Below are positions 1 to 8,789 of a DNA stretch of 64,000 nt, one piece after another. The notes beneath the pieces are model-generated. The model was not told the origin of the DNA, did not search any database, and worked only from the letters and a program-made list of their open reading frames with translations. Every line of letters starts with the position of its first letter. Positions within the stretch are counted from its first letter, which is position 1. Origin of the DNA: a virus; IMG/VR virus record IMGVR_UViG_3300021171_000005, positions 1 through 64,000 of that record, one strand, 5' to 3'. The translations under genes and the position numbers were made by a program.

Positions 1-359
1 TGGTAGCCAGTGTTGGTTTCTTTGGCGTTTGTAAAATCCACCTTATCAAGAATGAATTTCACACCCGCCCCGCAAAGAGCAGATAACGACAATTCAGCAG
101 AGATAGTAAGCTTCTTGGCTACTCGCTTAGAATCGCTATCAGTTTGCGTGGAAACTTCATCGGCTTCGACAGTGGCGAAACGGCTGTCCGATGGAGGATA
201 ATAGCCAAATACGTCTAATGGTGCTTCGCAGAAATGGAAACCATTTTCACACAATTTCGTATCACCATTGTGTGTGTATGTCTCGCCGACTTTATATTGA
301 TGATCTCGACATTTTAAGTCAGGTCCGAAGCCTTTGAATCCCGTTACTTTGTCTGACAC
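1..359 (-). CDS. DUF7666-like phage protein, runs off the window edge
   Basis: Manual translation from GTG 359 (SD GGAGG): VSDKVTGFKGFGPDLKCRDHQYKVGETY...CENGFHFCEAPLDVFGYYPP. Absent from the ORF track because there is no stop in the window. Confidence 0.75.
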   Translation of the reverse strand, partial: MSDKVTGFKGFGPDLKCRDHQYKVGETYTHNGDTKLCENGFHFCEAPLDVFGYYPPSDSRFATVEADEVSTQTDSDSKRVAKKLTISAELSLSALCGAGVKFILDKVDFTNAKETNTGY

Positions 360-457
360 ATTATCCTCCAATGTCGCTGAACTTGTTAGATGATGCCCAA
401 CAACACATGTTTTAATGTCGCTGGCGATCTTATGTCGATGTCGCCAGAGTTGCTCGA

Positions 458-640
458 TTAAACTAGTTTTAGTTCCCCGCCACAGATGACGCATTTCCTC
501 TCATGCGGTCGGTAGGTCCAACTGTCGGCGCAATCTTCGCAGCGTTTCTCAACAGCCTTGAGTGACCGCCTGATATCGTCGTATGGCTTTTGCTTTGTCT
601 TTTTCGGGGTAGCCTGCTTGGTAGTATTCGCCTTCGGCAT
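458..640 (-). CDS. small basic Zn-ribbon protein
   Basis: CxxC...CxxC, Lys-rich; overlaps 549..842. Confidence 0.45.
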   Translation of the reverse strand: MPKANTTKQATPKKTKQKPYDDIRRSLKAVEKRCEDCADSWTYRPHERKCVICGGELKLV

Positions 641-842
641 CCTTGCACTCCTGTATCATCGCGTCCCACTCGGCGCGGAATTGTCGGTCCTCAACTAGCC
701 CTTGCCCAATTTCCAACAGAGTCAAGCATTCATCGCAGAGTTGGATTGCTTCCCAGTCTGCGCCGTGCATTGGCAACCGACTGAACCAATCGTCGCTAAC
801 GGCTCGTTTACACTGCTGGCATCGCTCCATAGAAAACCTCAA
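549..842 (-). CDS. hypothetical protein with two CxxC pairs
   Basis: CQQC, CDEC; part of the leftward early operon. Confidence 0.5.
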   Translation of the reverse strand: MRFSMERCQQCKRAVSDDWFSRLPMHGADWEAIQLCDECLTLLEIGQGLVEDRQFRAEWDAMIQECKDAEGEYYQAGYPEKDKAKAIRRYQAVTQGC

Positions 843-854
843 TCGAATCGTGCC

Positions 855-1055
855 CTACTTTCGTGTCCGCATCTGGACATATTCGGTCATCGACGCCTTA
901 TCAAAATGGCCGAAGCAATAGCCAATTTTGGTGGCCGGGCGCTTGCATCGAATCAAGCCAATTTTGGAATCTTCAACGTACTTGCAGCGGGATACTCCGC
1001 AGTTCTCGCATCGGTCTTCTAGTGCTTCCCAATCATGTACCCGGCATCGTTTCAT
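855..1055 (-). CDS. small Cys/His-rich hypothetical protein
   Basis: CxxHDW...CENC...CxxH; same strand as neighbours. Confidence 0.55.
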   Translation of the reverse strand: MKRCRVHDWEALEDRCENCGVSRCKYVEDSKIGLIRCKRPATKIGYCFGHFDKASMTEYVQMRTRK

Positions 1056-1089
1056 GGCATTAAATTATGTGTTAATCTCGCTCATTAAA

Positions 1090-1203
1090 CTAGTTCTCGA
1101 CGCGAGAACCGTGGCAGTCTACACCGAATATCTTGTGTGCTCGAACCTTACCATTGCGTTTCAGTTTGACCCACTTTCCGCAAACGGGGCATTTCCCGCG
1201 CAT
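1090..1203 (-). CDS. 37-aa Zn-finger micro-protein (MRGKCPVCGK...HK...CHGS)
   Basis: Manual translation; ATG overlaps the TGA of the upstream gene. Confidence 0.55.
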   Translation of the reverse strand: MRGKCPVCGKWVKLKRNGKVRAHKIFGVDCHGSRVEN

Positions 1204-1391
1204 CACTGCACCTCCTCGAAGTGCTCCAAGGCTTCAATCTTCTCGCGGATTTTGTACGGCAAGGAAGCAAAGTCACGATAGGAATATTCTTCAGCCACGG
1301 CGCGTTTGCATCCACACTCGATGAGGAAATCATCGCGGTCTTCGGTGCTGTAGCTTTTCCAAAGCATCGGTTCGTATATTCTCTTCTCCAT
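1203..1391 (-). CDS. hypothetical protein, first gene of the leftward early operon
   Basis: SD GGAG before ATG 1391; downstream of two leftward promoters. Confidence 0.6.
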   Translation of the reverse strand: MEKRIYEPMLWKSYSTEDRDDFLIECGCKRAVAEEYSYRDFASLPYKIREKIEALEHFEEVQ

Positions 1392-1472
1392 ATCCACTCC
1401 CAACGTACTTAAATCATCTATTGATTCGATTGCTCTTTACATGTCTTAATTACGTTCTTAATCATTGCAAGC

Positions 1473-1501
1473 AGTCTACCAAGTTGCGGGGCGTCTGTCA
1501 A
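1473..1501 (-). promoter_or_regulatory. sigma70-type promoter TTGACA-17-TAGACT with CGCCCCGCAA in the spacer
   Basis: Reverse complement reads TTGACA gacgccccgcaacttgg TAGACT. Confidence 0.8.
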
Positions 1502-1593
1502 CAATTATATTTCGTTTAATATCAATACGATACAAAGGACGATTATCCCGGCATTCTGTATAAATGATTGGATTCGTCATCTCATTGCCCTAG

Positions 1594-1622
1594 ATTGTCC
1601 ACATCTGGACAAGAATTGTCAA
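1594..1622 (-). promoter_or_regulatory. sigma70-type promoter TTGACA-17-GACAAT overlapped by the 16-bp palindrome
   Basis: Reverse complement reads TTGACA attcttgtccagatgtg GACAAT; palindrome at 1596-1611. Confidence 0.65.
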
Positions 1623-1666
1623 GGTTTCCCCGCAATTTATTGATATACGAATGGCGATATTTTTGC

Positions 1667-1695
1667 TTGACAATCAATCGTAGTTCAAATACGCT
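1667..1695 (+). promoter_or_regulatory. sigma70-type promoter TTGACA-17-TACGCT
   Basis: Divergent from the leftward promoters; precedes the rightward early genes. Confidence 0.65.
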
Positions 1696-1872
1696 ACCTA
1701 AGGATTAAGCCAATGTTTGAGACATGGTTGAATGAATGGATAGCCAAGATAAATGCGGGGCGGCTCATCGAAGCGACCGCGCAAAACACCTACGAATCAG
1801 TGATTGACCGTGCTATGCGGGTTTGTGACAAATACGAGACGATTGCTCTATTTGAAGAAGGAAGGTATTGAT

Positions 1873-2043
1873 ATGAAACTCCTCGACATGCAAGGCAAAG
1901 TTTACGCGGCAGATGAAGCTATTGACGTTGCGCGGACCTTACAAGAGTCTGATCCGGATTGGAAGTATGTTGCCGAAACGCGGGGCGACCTAGGCCGCGT
2001 AATGGTTTACAACGAAAACGATCAGTTTGTGGGGATATTCTAA
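1873..2043 (+). CDS. hypothetical early protein
   Basis: SD GAAGG before ATG 1873; stop/start overlap with the next gene. Confidence 0.6.
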   Translation: MKLLDMQGKVYAADEAIDVARTLQESDPDWKYVAETRGDLGRVMVYNENDQFVGIF

Positions 2044-2243
2044 TGCATGACGGACTGTGCCCTAAATGCTATAAGGAAATGATGGATGGAGAAGTAGTAA
2101 TCACGGATTGGGCGGGCAATGCGACACAACATGTCACCTGTCCAGTTCCGGACAACACTTTCAGCGACACAGAAGAATTGTGCGCATTCGACCGCGCAAT
2201 TGAGTTTGAGGAAGCGCTAGAAATTTTGAAGGGACAAGGATAA
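2043..2243 (+). CDS. hypothetical early protein (CPKC)
   Basis: TAATG overlaps at both ends. Confidence 0.55.
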   Translation: MHDGLCPKCYKEMMDGEVVITDWAGNATQHVTCPVPDNTFSDTEELCAFDRAIEFEEALEILKGQG

Positions 2244-2431
2244 TGTCAGACAAATATCTACGACTGGCGTTGTCGGAATACTGGCAGGAAAACCCCGCAG
2301 ATGTGGGAATACCCTTTATCGGTTTGTCCACATCTGGACAGTATAGCGTCCGCGCCAAAGCTGTACTAATGCAGCTAGAGGAAGAAAGAGAATCCCTGCG
2401 ACAAGTAGTAGATTATCAACCAGTGAAATAG
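2243..2431 (+). CDS. hypothetical early protein
   Basis: Translationally coupled; contains the palindrome at 2325. Confidence 0.55.
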   Translation: MSDKYLRLALSEYWQENPADVGIPFIGLSTSGQYSVRAKAVLMQLEEERESLRQVVDYQPVK

Positions 2432-2434
2432 TGC

Positions 2435-2464
2435 TTGACAAATTGCGGGGCGACCTGATATTAT
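2435..2464 (+). promoter_or_regulatory. sigma70-type promoter TTGACA-18-TATTAT (TGn extended -10) with TTGCGGGGCG in the spacer
   Basis: TTGACA aattgcggggcgacctga TATTAT. Confidence 0.75.
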
Positions 2465-2495
2465 GTGTATAAATCGTAGCGACATTGGAGAAGCT

Positions 2496-2945
2496 ATGAC
2501 AAGCGTTTTGACGAAATCGCAGACTAAAACATTCGGACCCCGTGCAATCGCTGGATGGGGCAACCACGCAACTTTGACCGCAGAAGTTCGCTATGATGAC
2601 GAATGTGGAAACGGTCATAACAGTTTTGCCATCACGGGCGAGATTCGAGCAGGTCGCCGCGACATCGAAGCAGGCGGAATGCTGCATGATGAGATTCGGG
2701 TGATCTTTCCCGAACTTGCCCCGTTCCTCAAGTGGCATCTGACTTCCAGCGATGGGCCGATGCACTATATCGCCAATACGACATATTGGGCGAATCAGGG
2801 CAATCTGGAAAATGCACGTTCTTGCGCCGTTTGGCCGGATGCGACATTGGAAGACCTTAAAGACGTTCAGAAGCTCAAGAATCGCTTGCCTGCGCTATTG
2901 GCTGATTTCCAGAAAGCGGTTGAAGCTTTGGGCTTTACGTTTTAA
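2496..2945 (+). CDS. conserved phage hypothetical protein (YDDECGNGHNSF...KWHL...DGPMHY type)
   Basis: SD GGAG; recognisable conserved block of unknown function. Confidence 0.75.
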   Translation: MTSVLTKSQTKTFGPRAIAGWGNHATLTAEVRYDDECGNGHNSFAITGEIRAGRRDIEAGGMLHDEIRVIFPELAPFLKWHLTSSDGPMHYIANTTYWANQGNLENARSCAVWPDATLEDLKDVQKLKNRLPALLADFQKAVEALGFTF

Positions 2946-3423
2946 GTGTAGGTTGCGCGGATACTCCCCCAGCCGCGCATTTTGAGAATTGCGGGGCGAC
3001 ATTACAAATTGGAGGATATATGAAAACATTTGAATTGAGAATAACAGGCGCAAATCCGCCTAAAGATGAAATAGGCGGAGAAACGCCTAATTTCAAGCTA
3101 CCTCGGAAATGTAAACTTGATGGTAACAAAATTCCGTGCCGTGAGCACGGAGAGGAATACGCGGAATGGCCGCACTGGAAGCCACAGTCAGAGTGAAACT
3201 AGTTTAATCGAGCAAGTTAATAAAGAATTGGAGGCAGTATGGAATGCAAGCATTGTGACAAAAATGCTGAATGGCAATGGAAAGCTGTCGATGGTAACGA
3301 GTCTGCCAATATTTGCGAGCGTTGCATGGAAACGCTTGAACCATACCGCGACAGTTCGTTGTGGCAGTTCGAACTGATACCGAGTCTTTCATGAAACCCC
3401 GCATTGCCAATTTGGAGAGGAAT

Positions 3424-3696
3424 ATGCAAAACACAATCGAACTATCGGACGGCTATGTCGGGAACAAAGTCCGATTCTTTACTGAGCCTATTGAGGTTGA
3501 CGGGGACTTGGTTAAACTCCAATGTGCCGAGCCGGGTAAAGAGTACATGATCGCGTGGAAACGTAAGTCTGACTTGGCGAAAGCGATAGGGCCGCTATGT
3601 GGAAGCCGTATCGTGAAATACGTGGGCCGCTGTAATCTGCCCTTAAATCATATCGGTCCGTGTGAAGAGGAGAAGAAATGCCAACATCAAAAGTAG
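3424..3696 (+). CDS. hypothetical early protein
   Basis: SD GAGG before ATG 3424. Confidence 0.6.
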   Translation: MQNTIELSDGYVGNKVRFFTEPIEVDGDLVKLQCAEPGKEYMIAWKRKSDLAKAIGPLCGSRIVKYVGRCNLPLNHIGPCEEEKKCQHQK

Positions 3697-3890
3697 TTAC
3701 GGCGAAGTCACTGAAAACCGCGTGGGACAAGTACATCAGCTTATTTGAAACTGCTCCACACGGCACCGAAAAGCAACTGGCCGCATTGCTTGAACTAATC
3801 CCAGAAGATGAATGCGACGGTGGATCGTGGGAAGAATACGAACACATCAAGCGAATGTGGAATGCGACCCTAGGCCAGAAACTAGTTTAA
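3678..3890 (+). CDS. hypothetical early protein
   Basis: SD GAGGAG. Confidence 0.6.
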   Translation: MPTSKVVTAKSLKTAWDKYISLFETAPHGTEKQLAALLELIPEDECDGGSWEEYEHIKRMWNATLGQKLV

Positions 3891-4201
3891 TGTACTCAGA
3901 CAATTGATGTATTAATTACACAGTTGTCCGGATGTGGACAAATGACAGATCAAACCCAACCCGCCCCGCAAATCAGCAAGTGCTTTGGCTCATTACCTAA
4001 GTGTGAGTGTAGGGAGATATACGAGGCGTTGGCAGCCGCGCCAGTGAGAGAATTGCTAGAGCGTATCGCTGATGAATACGGGCGCGAACCCCGCAAATAG
4101 AGAATGACAAATAGTGTCCACATGTGGACAAATAAGCGTATTATTAATGCGCGGCACCCCGCATATCTTGTAAGTTGTTGAAAACGCCCCGCATATTTAT
4201 A

Positions 4202-4230
4202 TTGACAAATGGCCGTATTAATGCAATACT
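4202..4230 (+). promoter_or_regulatory. sigma70-type promoter TTGACA-17-AATACT, probably giving a leaderless mRNA
   Basis: ATG 4238 lies 7 nt after the -10; several CCCCGCA motifs and a perfect palindrome (4115) lie just upstream. Confidence 0.65.
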
Positions 4231-4237
4231 CTAGGAC

Positions 4238-4660
4238 ATGGAAAACACAATCACAATCCACTCAGACAATACGGGAACGTACTTCGGAGCACTGGCAAGC
4301 AAGTATAGCTATACTCCTGAATTGCGGGCGAAACTGGATGAATTGTATACAGTTGCCGGACGAAGCACAAACCGTGCCTTTGTTCTGGAAGGTACGATTG
4401 TCCGCGCCGCGCAATCCACGAAGGAATCAGCCATCCAATACATGACGGACAAGACGGTATTGGTTGAGGTTGAGATACTAGAGCCAACACCTGAACAACT
4501 AGCCCAAGCCGCGCAAGCTTGGGCTTTTCTGCCCTTCCGCAAGTGCTTTATTGCGCTCAAGCAGGGCGAGGAAATGCAGATTATCCTCAAGCCGACCGCG
4601 CATTACGCTGGGAAGCTCGCCCGCAATGGCTGGACTGTCCGCGAACTGCATCGAAGCTAA
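4238..4660 (+). CDS. hypothetical early protein
   Basis: 140-aa ORF directly after a promoter. Confidence 0.7.
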   Translation: MENTITIHSDNTGTYFGALASKYSYTPELRAKLDELYTVAGRSTNRAFVLEGTIVRAAQSTKESAIQYMTDKTVLVEVEILEPTPEQLAQAAQAWAFLPFRKCFIALKQGEEMQIILKPTAHYAGKLARNGWTVRELHRS

Positions 4661-5037
4661 TGAAACCTTACACATTCCCCCACACTCCCGCGAATCAATG
4701 CCCAAGTTGCCGCGCAACGGACAATAACGCCTATGTAGACGCGAACGGCGTTAATATGCGGGCTTGTGGACGCTGTATGATCCAATGGCGCGACGTGTCC
4801 ACATCCGGACAACCCCCGCAATTCGCCCCGCAATCTGTAAAAGACACCTGGAATGAGGAAATGGTATTCAAGATGACAAGAGGAACATGGGCTGATCTAA
4901 TCGACGGTTTGCCTATTGGCCGTTGTTACGTCTTGGACGATGGATCAATCCGAGTAGAGCGCAAGCAAACCACACGCGAACTAGGCATAGAGCCAGATGT
5001 GACGTTCAAACACTGCCCGCCAGACGAGATGATCTAA
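4660..5037 (+). CDS. Zn-ribbon hypothetical protein
   Basis: TAATG coupling; CPSC...CGRC. Confidence 0.6.
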   Translation: MKPYTFPHTPANQCPSCRATDNNAYVDANGVNMRACGRCMIQWRDVSTSGQPPQFAPQSVKDTWNEEMVFKMTRGTWADLIDGLPIGRCYVLDDGSIRVERKQTTRELGIEPDVTFKHCPPDEMI

Positions 5038-5046
5038 CCGCGCGCC

Positions 5047-5265
5047 GTGAAATACACAATAACAGAGCTAGAAGGATTCAAGAGCTACGACAATACACTT
5101 GTCCGCGTGTTTCGGGTAGTCAAGGACGAGAAGCAATGGCCAGAGCCAATGGTATGGGTTGCACATAACGACATCCCAAGATGCACGCAATGCAACGGTC
5201 CATTGGTTGCCATGTCCGCGACGTGCAAACACGCAAGAGCCGTCAAGCGATGGCTGAAAACCTAA
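5047..5265 (+). CDS. SWIM-type Zn-finger-like protein
   Basis: CTQC...CKH pattern. Confidence 0.5.
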   Translation: MKYTITELEGFKSYDNTLVRVFRVVKDEKQWPEPMVWVAHNDIPRCTQCNGPLVAMSATCKHARAVKRWLKT

Positions 5266-5617
5266 CTACGCGCAAACTCTCCGCGCAATTCCTGCCCGCA
5301 CTCACTCGGATTCCGAGCTAAATTAATCTCACCACTCAAACTAGTTTCAATGGAATCAGCGAGTTAGGTCTATCTCGCTATGTTGTTGAGGATTGGTGTA
5401 TGTTGTTGTAAAGGCACTACTTTCTTGGGTTTAGGCCGGGGCGACCTACCCCACGGAGGGGACCACCTTGCGGCGAAAGCTTGGGTAGCTAAAACATCCC
5501 TAACGGGTCCCCTTTTCCTAGACATACCCCCGGTGGTTTTTCCCCGCCAGATGGTACCTTATCCTCCCAGCAGCTCCCCGGTATTTGCATTTATCCGGCA
5601 TTTATATGTATTTCCTA

Positions 5618-5646
5618 TTGACATTGATACTGGAATGTGAGACTAT
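5618..5646 (+). promoter_or_regulatory. sigma70-type promoter TTGACA-17-GACTAT
   Basis: TG extended -10; SD GGAGG downstream. Confidence 0.65.
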
Positions 5647-5661
5647 ATCTGTGGAGGATTT

Positions 5662-5853
5662 ATGAAGACATTTATTGCTGTACTGCTGATCACCATTCCC
5701 GCACTGGCCAAGGACAAGCCGTTCACTAAACCCACGATCTCGATGGTTCGGCCATACGTTAAGTCGTCTGGCTCGTCAACCTCTGGATATTTCCGAAGTT
5801 CATCTTCGCCGTATACGGGTACGATTAAAACTGGAAAACATCCTAAATTCTAA
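5662..5853 (+). CDS. small secreted protein with signal peptide
   Basis: MKTFIAVLLITIPALA|K; VRPYVKSSG...GYFRS motif. Confidence 0.65.
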   Translation: MKTFIAVLLITIPALAKDKPFTKPTISMVRPYVKSSGSSTSGYFRSSSSPYTGTIKTGKHPKF

Positions 5854-5865
5854 GGCAAGCGAATA

Positions 5866-6282
5866 GTGAGCCGCAAATACAATAAACTTTACCAAGAGGC
5901 TTTGGAGAAGTATCAAGCCAAAGAAGCCGGAGAATGGGTTAAGTGGACCCCGACCGGGTATATTTATCTTCTCGGTAATAAATCACTTTGTTTCTATAAG
6001 ATAGGGTTGACGCAATCTTTAGAGACCCCCGATACCCGGTTCAAACAAGTCGAGCAGGGAGTGCCATTCGAATTCGATCTTGTGCGATACTGGTATGTTA
6101 AATACGTTCATGCCTTCGAGAAACTTACACATTATGTGTATGAATCTAAAAGAATTAAAGGAGAATGGTTTAAATTCTTGCCAGAAGAAATCGAAGATGT
6201 GATAACTCAAATAGGCGCAACAGTTAAGGAATGTACCGATAAGCAAAAAGAGTGGGTTCCGTACGATAAACGGCAAGAGTAA
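5866..6282 (+). CDS. GIY-YIG / T5orf172-family nuclease
   Basis: GYIYLL...YKIGLT...R...E...H...GEWF. Confidence 0.85.
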   Translation: MSRKYNKLYQEALEKYQAKEAGEWVKWTPTGYIYLLGNKSLCFYKIGLTQSLETPDTRFKQVEQGVPFEFDLVRYWYVKYVHAFEKLTHYVYESKRIKGEWFKFLPEEIEDVITQIGATVKECTDKQKEWVPYDKRQE

Positions 6283-6331
6283 TTACGTATTTTCAATAGT
6301 TTACCGCCCCGATATCTAAGAGTGGAGAGAC

Positions 6332-6526
6332 ATGGCCGGTAAACCAACAAAAAGAGTTCAGGAGTATTGGGACACGGTTCTTCGCGGATATGGTCTTGGC
6401 CTTGGACGAGGCAAGGGAGCGAAGGTGGATTATGTCGGAGACGCGAAAGATATCGGCGTTTTCGAAACTAAGATTGTCTCCAAAAAAACTGGTAGGGTCC
6501 GGCCCAAAGGAAAGGGTCCGGAATAA
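6332..6526 (+). CDS. small basic hypothetical protein
   Basis: SD GGAG; coupled to the next ORF. Confidence 0.6.
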   Translation: MAGKPTKRVQEYWDTVLRGYGLGLGRGKGAKVDYVGDAKDIGVFETKIVSKKTGRVRPKGKGPE

Positions 6527-6720
6527 TGGACTGCTCCTACGAAGAGTGCTATAAGAAATACCAGTGGTACTGTGATCTTATCCAGCAACCGGCGAGATCG
6601 TTTGAGGACTGGATGCGCCTTCGGGAGAATGTTCAGAAAAAGGACAAGGCAAAAGAGTTTATTAAAAGTTCGGGCTCGGAGGAGCCCCTTGGTTTGGATG
6701 TAGATCGAACTCAAGTTTAA
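6526..6720 (+). CDS. hypothetical protein
   Basis: TAATG coupling. Confidence 0.55.
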   Translation: MDCSYEECYKKYQWYCDLIQQPARSFEDWMRLRENVQKKDKAKEFIKSSGSEEPLGLDVDRTQV

Positions 6721-6948
6721 GAAGTCCTCCTAATTTAATATCCGGGGCGTGCGCAGCGGAGGGATTTCATACCCGCCAAAAATCTACCCCTCCGCGCCCC
6801 GGTTCTAAGATGCGCTACGAGACTAGACAACTTGATCTTTTAAAGCCGGAGCTGGACACTCTGGCTATCGGTGTTTCCCGATAATGGTTTTTCGATCTCC
6901 CCTAAGCAGTAGTTAACCATAAACCCCTAACCAACAATTAGGAGATAA

Positions 6949-7260
6949 ATGGCTAATAAAGTCACGACCACAATCAATGTTGTTCTCTATTCAGATGGCG
7001 CGTCTACGACGTTTTCTTTTGATTTATTGAAAGATACGTATATGGTGAATAGCGGAGACGGCAGCAATGGCAGCGGTCGGCAGGTAAATTGGTTTTCACA
7101 AGACCCGAAATCAAGCATACCAACGGGAGTTCAGTCTCTTACTCAGTCCATCGGAGGCATAACATACACGGCTTCTCTTTCTGGAACCGTCGTTACTGTC
7201 ACATTGAGCGCGGCGCTGGCAGCCGGTGGTTGGGGTATTGCGGTTTACCCAACATTCTAG
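6949..7260 (+). CDS. Ser/Thr-rich beta-strand protein, possible virion decoration
   Basis: Strong SD AGGAG; composition resembles the other structural ORFs. Confidence 0.65.
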   Translation: MANKVTTTINVVLYSDGASTTFSFDLLKDTYMVNSGDGSNGSGRQVNWFSQDPKSSIPTGVQSLTQSIGGITYTASLSGTVVTVTLSAALAAGGWGIAVYPTF

Positions 7261-7266
7261 TTCTGC

Positions 7267-7296
7267 GGCCCCGTTCCGGACGGGCGGGGCCTTTTT
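7267..7296 (+). terminator. intrinsic terminator-like hairpin abutting the start of the glycosyltransferase cluster
   Basis: GGCCCCGTTC-cggac-GGGCGGGGCC followed by TTTTT, then ATG 7297. Confidence 0.65.
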
Positions 7297-7983
7297 ATGA
7301 AAATTCTAATCGCCATTCTTAGTTGTGTCCGGGATTCGGACAATGGATTTAATCAGGCCATCAGGGATACTTGGCTCAGAAATCTACAGGGTGCCGAATA
7401 TCGTTTTTTCCTCGGGCGCGGGGCGAAGGCACGACCGGATGATTGCGCGGACGAATTCATTCTAGATTGTCCGGATGGATATTTCAATCTGCCGGAGAAA
7501 TCGAAAGCACTCTTCAAATTGGCCGCAGATCACGAATATGATTTTATATTCAAGTGCGACACCGATACATACGTAAGGCCGGACAGACTTTTATCTTCAA
7601 AGTTCTACGAGCAAGATTATACGGGATATTTTAACGGACCCATAGGTCAGCCCAACGCCGTGTATCAAAGATGTTACTCGTGGGCTAGTGGTGGAAGCGG
7701 ATATTGGCTATCTGGGCGGGCGGCGAAATATTTATCTGAACAAGATACCCATCCAGCCTGTGTGTGCCCCGAGACCAAAATACCTTGCGAGGATTTATGG
7801 GTAGGACAGGTTTTAGGTCCTAGAATCGCAACCGGGTTTTTCTCCGCGAAGCACGATCCCCGATATGGACGAAGCTACCGAGACGACTGCGCAGTTGATA
7901 TCAGCTCCCATTATTGTTCGGAAGGCGCGGGGCGTAAATTTAATACTGATTGGATGTACCGGCATCACGGAGTTAATCAGTGA
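7297..7983 (+). CDS. GT31 (Galactosyl_T/Fringe-like) glycosyltransferase
   Basis: AIRDTW, Y.NLPEK, FKCDTDTYV (DxD), SGGSGYWLS, EDLWVG. Confidence 0.85.
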   Translation: MKILIAILSCVRDSDNGFNQAIRDTWLRNLQGAEYRFFLGRGAKARPDDCADEFILDCPDGYFNLPEKSKALFKLAADHEYDFIFKCDTDTYVRPDRLLSSKFYEQDYTGYFNGPIGQPNAVYQRCYSWASGGSGYWLSGRAAKYLSEQDTHPACVCPETKIPCEDLWVGQVLGPRIATGFFSAKHDPRYGRSYRDDCAVDISSHYCSEGAGRKFNTDWMYRHHGVNQ

Positions 7984-8789
7984 TTACCGCGTATCTTCAA
8001 GGCGGAATGTCGAACCAGATGTTTATCTACGCTGCCGCGAAAGCAGCCGCGACTCGTCTGGATACTGATCTCTCCTTGAATGTTTCGAGTTTCGACAAAG
8101 ATTCCATGCGGCAATATTCTTTGGGGTTATGGGCCGGAGTAACCGCTCCGCTCACCAAAGAGCTGCACGGAGAGATCATCCGTGAAGAGGGTCTTCCATA
8201 TAGCCCTGTGATGGTCTCTAGAATTTCCAAAAATTGTACACTCTGGGGGTATTTCCAGTGTGAACAATATTTCAGCGATATCCGCGAAGCGCTGGAAAAG
8301 GACTTCACCCCCCGACCATTGAATGATTGGGGTCGGGAAATCGAACAGCAAATTAAGGCCGCCGGGCAAGATAGTATTTTTCTGACCATCCGACGAACCG
8401 ACTATACGAAATCGGATTTTCATGGCGTTTTGCCTTATGAGTATTATCGCAATGCTCTGAATATTCTGGCACGAGAAACCAACCCGCACGTCTTTGTTTT
8501 CTCGGATGAGCCGGATTGGTGCAAAGAAAATCTTCGCCTGCCGTATAAAATGACCGTAGCAGGGAACTACGACCGCACCACTAAAAATCATCTGGGTAGG
8601 GAAGATCAAGAGCTTTATTTAATGAGTCTTTGCCAGCACGCGGTTATGGCGAATAGTTCGTATAGCTGGTGGGGCGCGTACCTCGGAGCGGATCGCAGGG
8701 GCGGTAAGGTAATTGCTCCAAAACGCTGGTTTCTGAACGCAAATGAAGACCCGAAAGATATTGTACCTTCAAGATGGCTGTCGATCTAA
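7980..8789 (+). CDS. GT11 alpha-1,2-fucosyltransferase-like
   Basis: GGMSNQMF, GYFQ, IRRTDY, FSDEPDW, NSSYSWWGAYL, APKRWF. Confidence 0.9.
   Translation: MITAYLQGGMSNQMFIYAAAKAAATRLDTDLSLNVSSFDKDSMRQYSLGLWAGVTAPLTKELHGEIIREEGLPYSPVMVSRISKNCTLWGYFQCEQYFSDIREALEKDFTPRPLNDWGREIEQQIKAAGQDSIFLTIRRTDYTKSDFHGVLPYEYYRNALNILARETNPHVFVFSDEPDWCKENLRLPYKMTVAGNYDRTTKNHLGREDQELYLMSLCQHAVMANSSYSWWGAYLGADRRGGKVIAPKRWFLNANEDPKDIVPSRWLSI

Noticed and set aside
4115-4130. Palindrome as canonical parS or a known LexA box
   Set aside because: Core differs from parS TGTTNCACGTGAAACA and from the LexA boxes I know (e.g. TGTTC-N4-GAACA); kept only as an analogy
864-4811. Palindrome cluster as a CRISPR or mini-array
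   Set aside because: Spacing is irregular (about 190-1600 bp), copies lie within CDSs, and no cas genes are present
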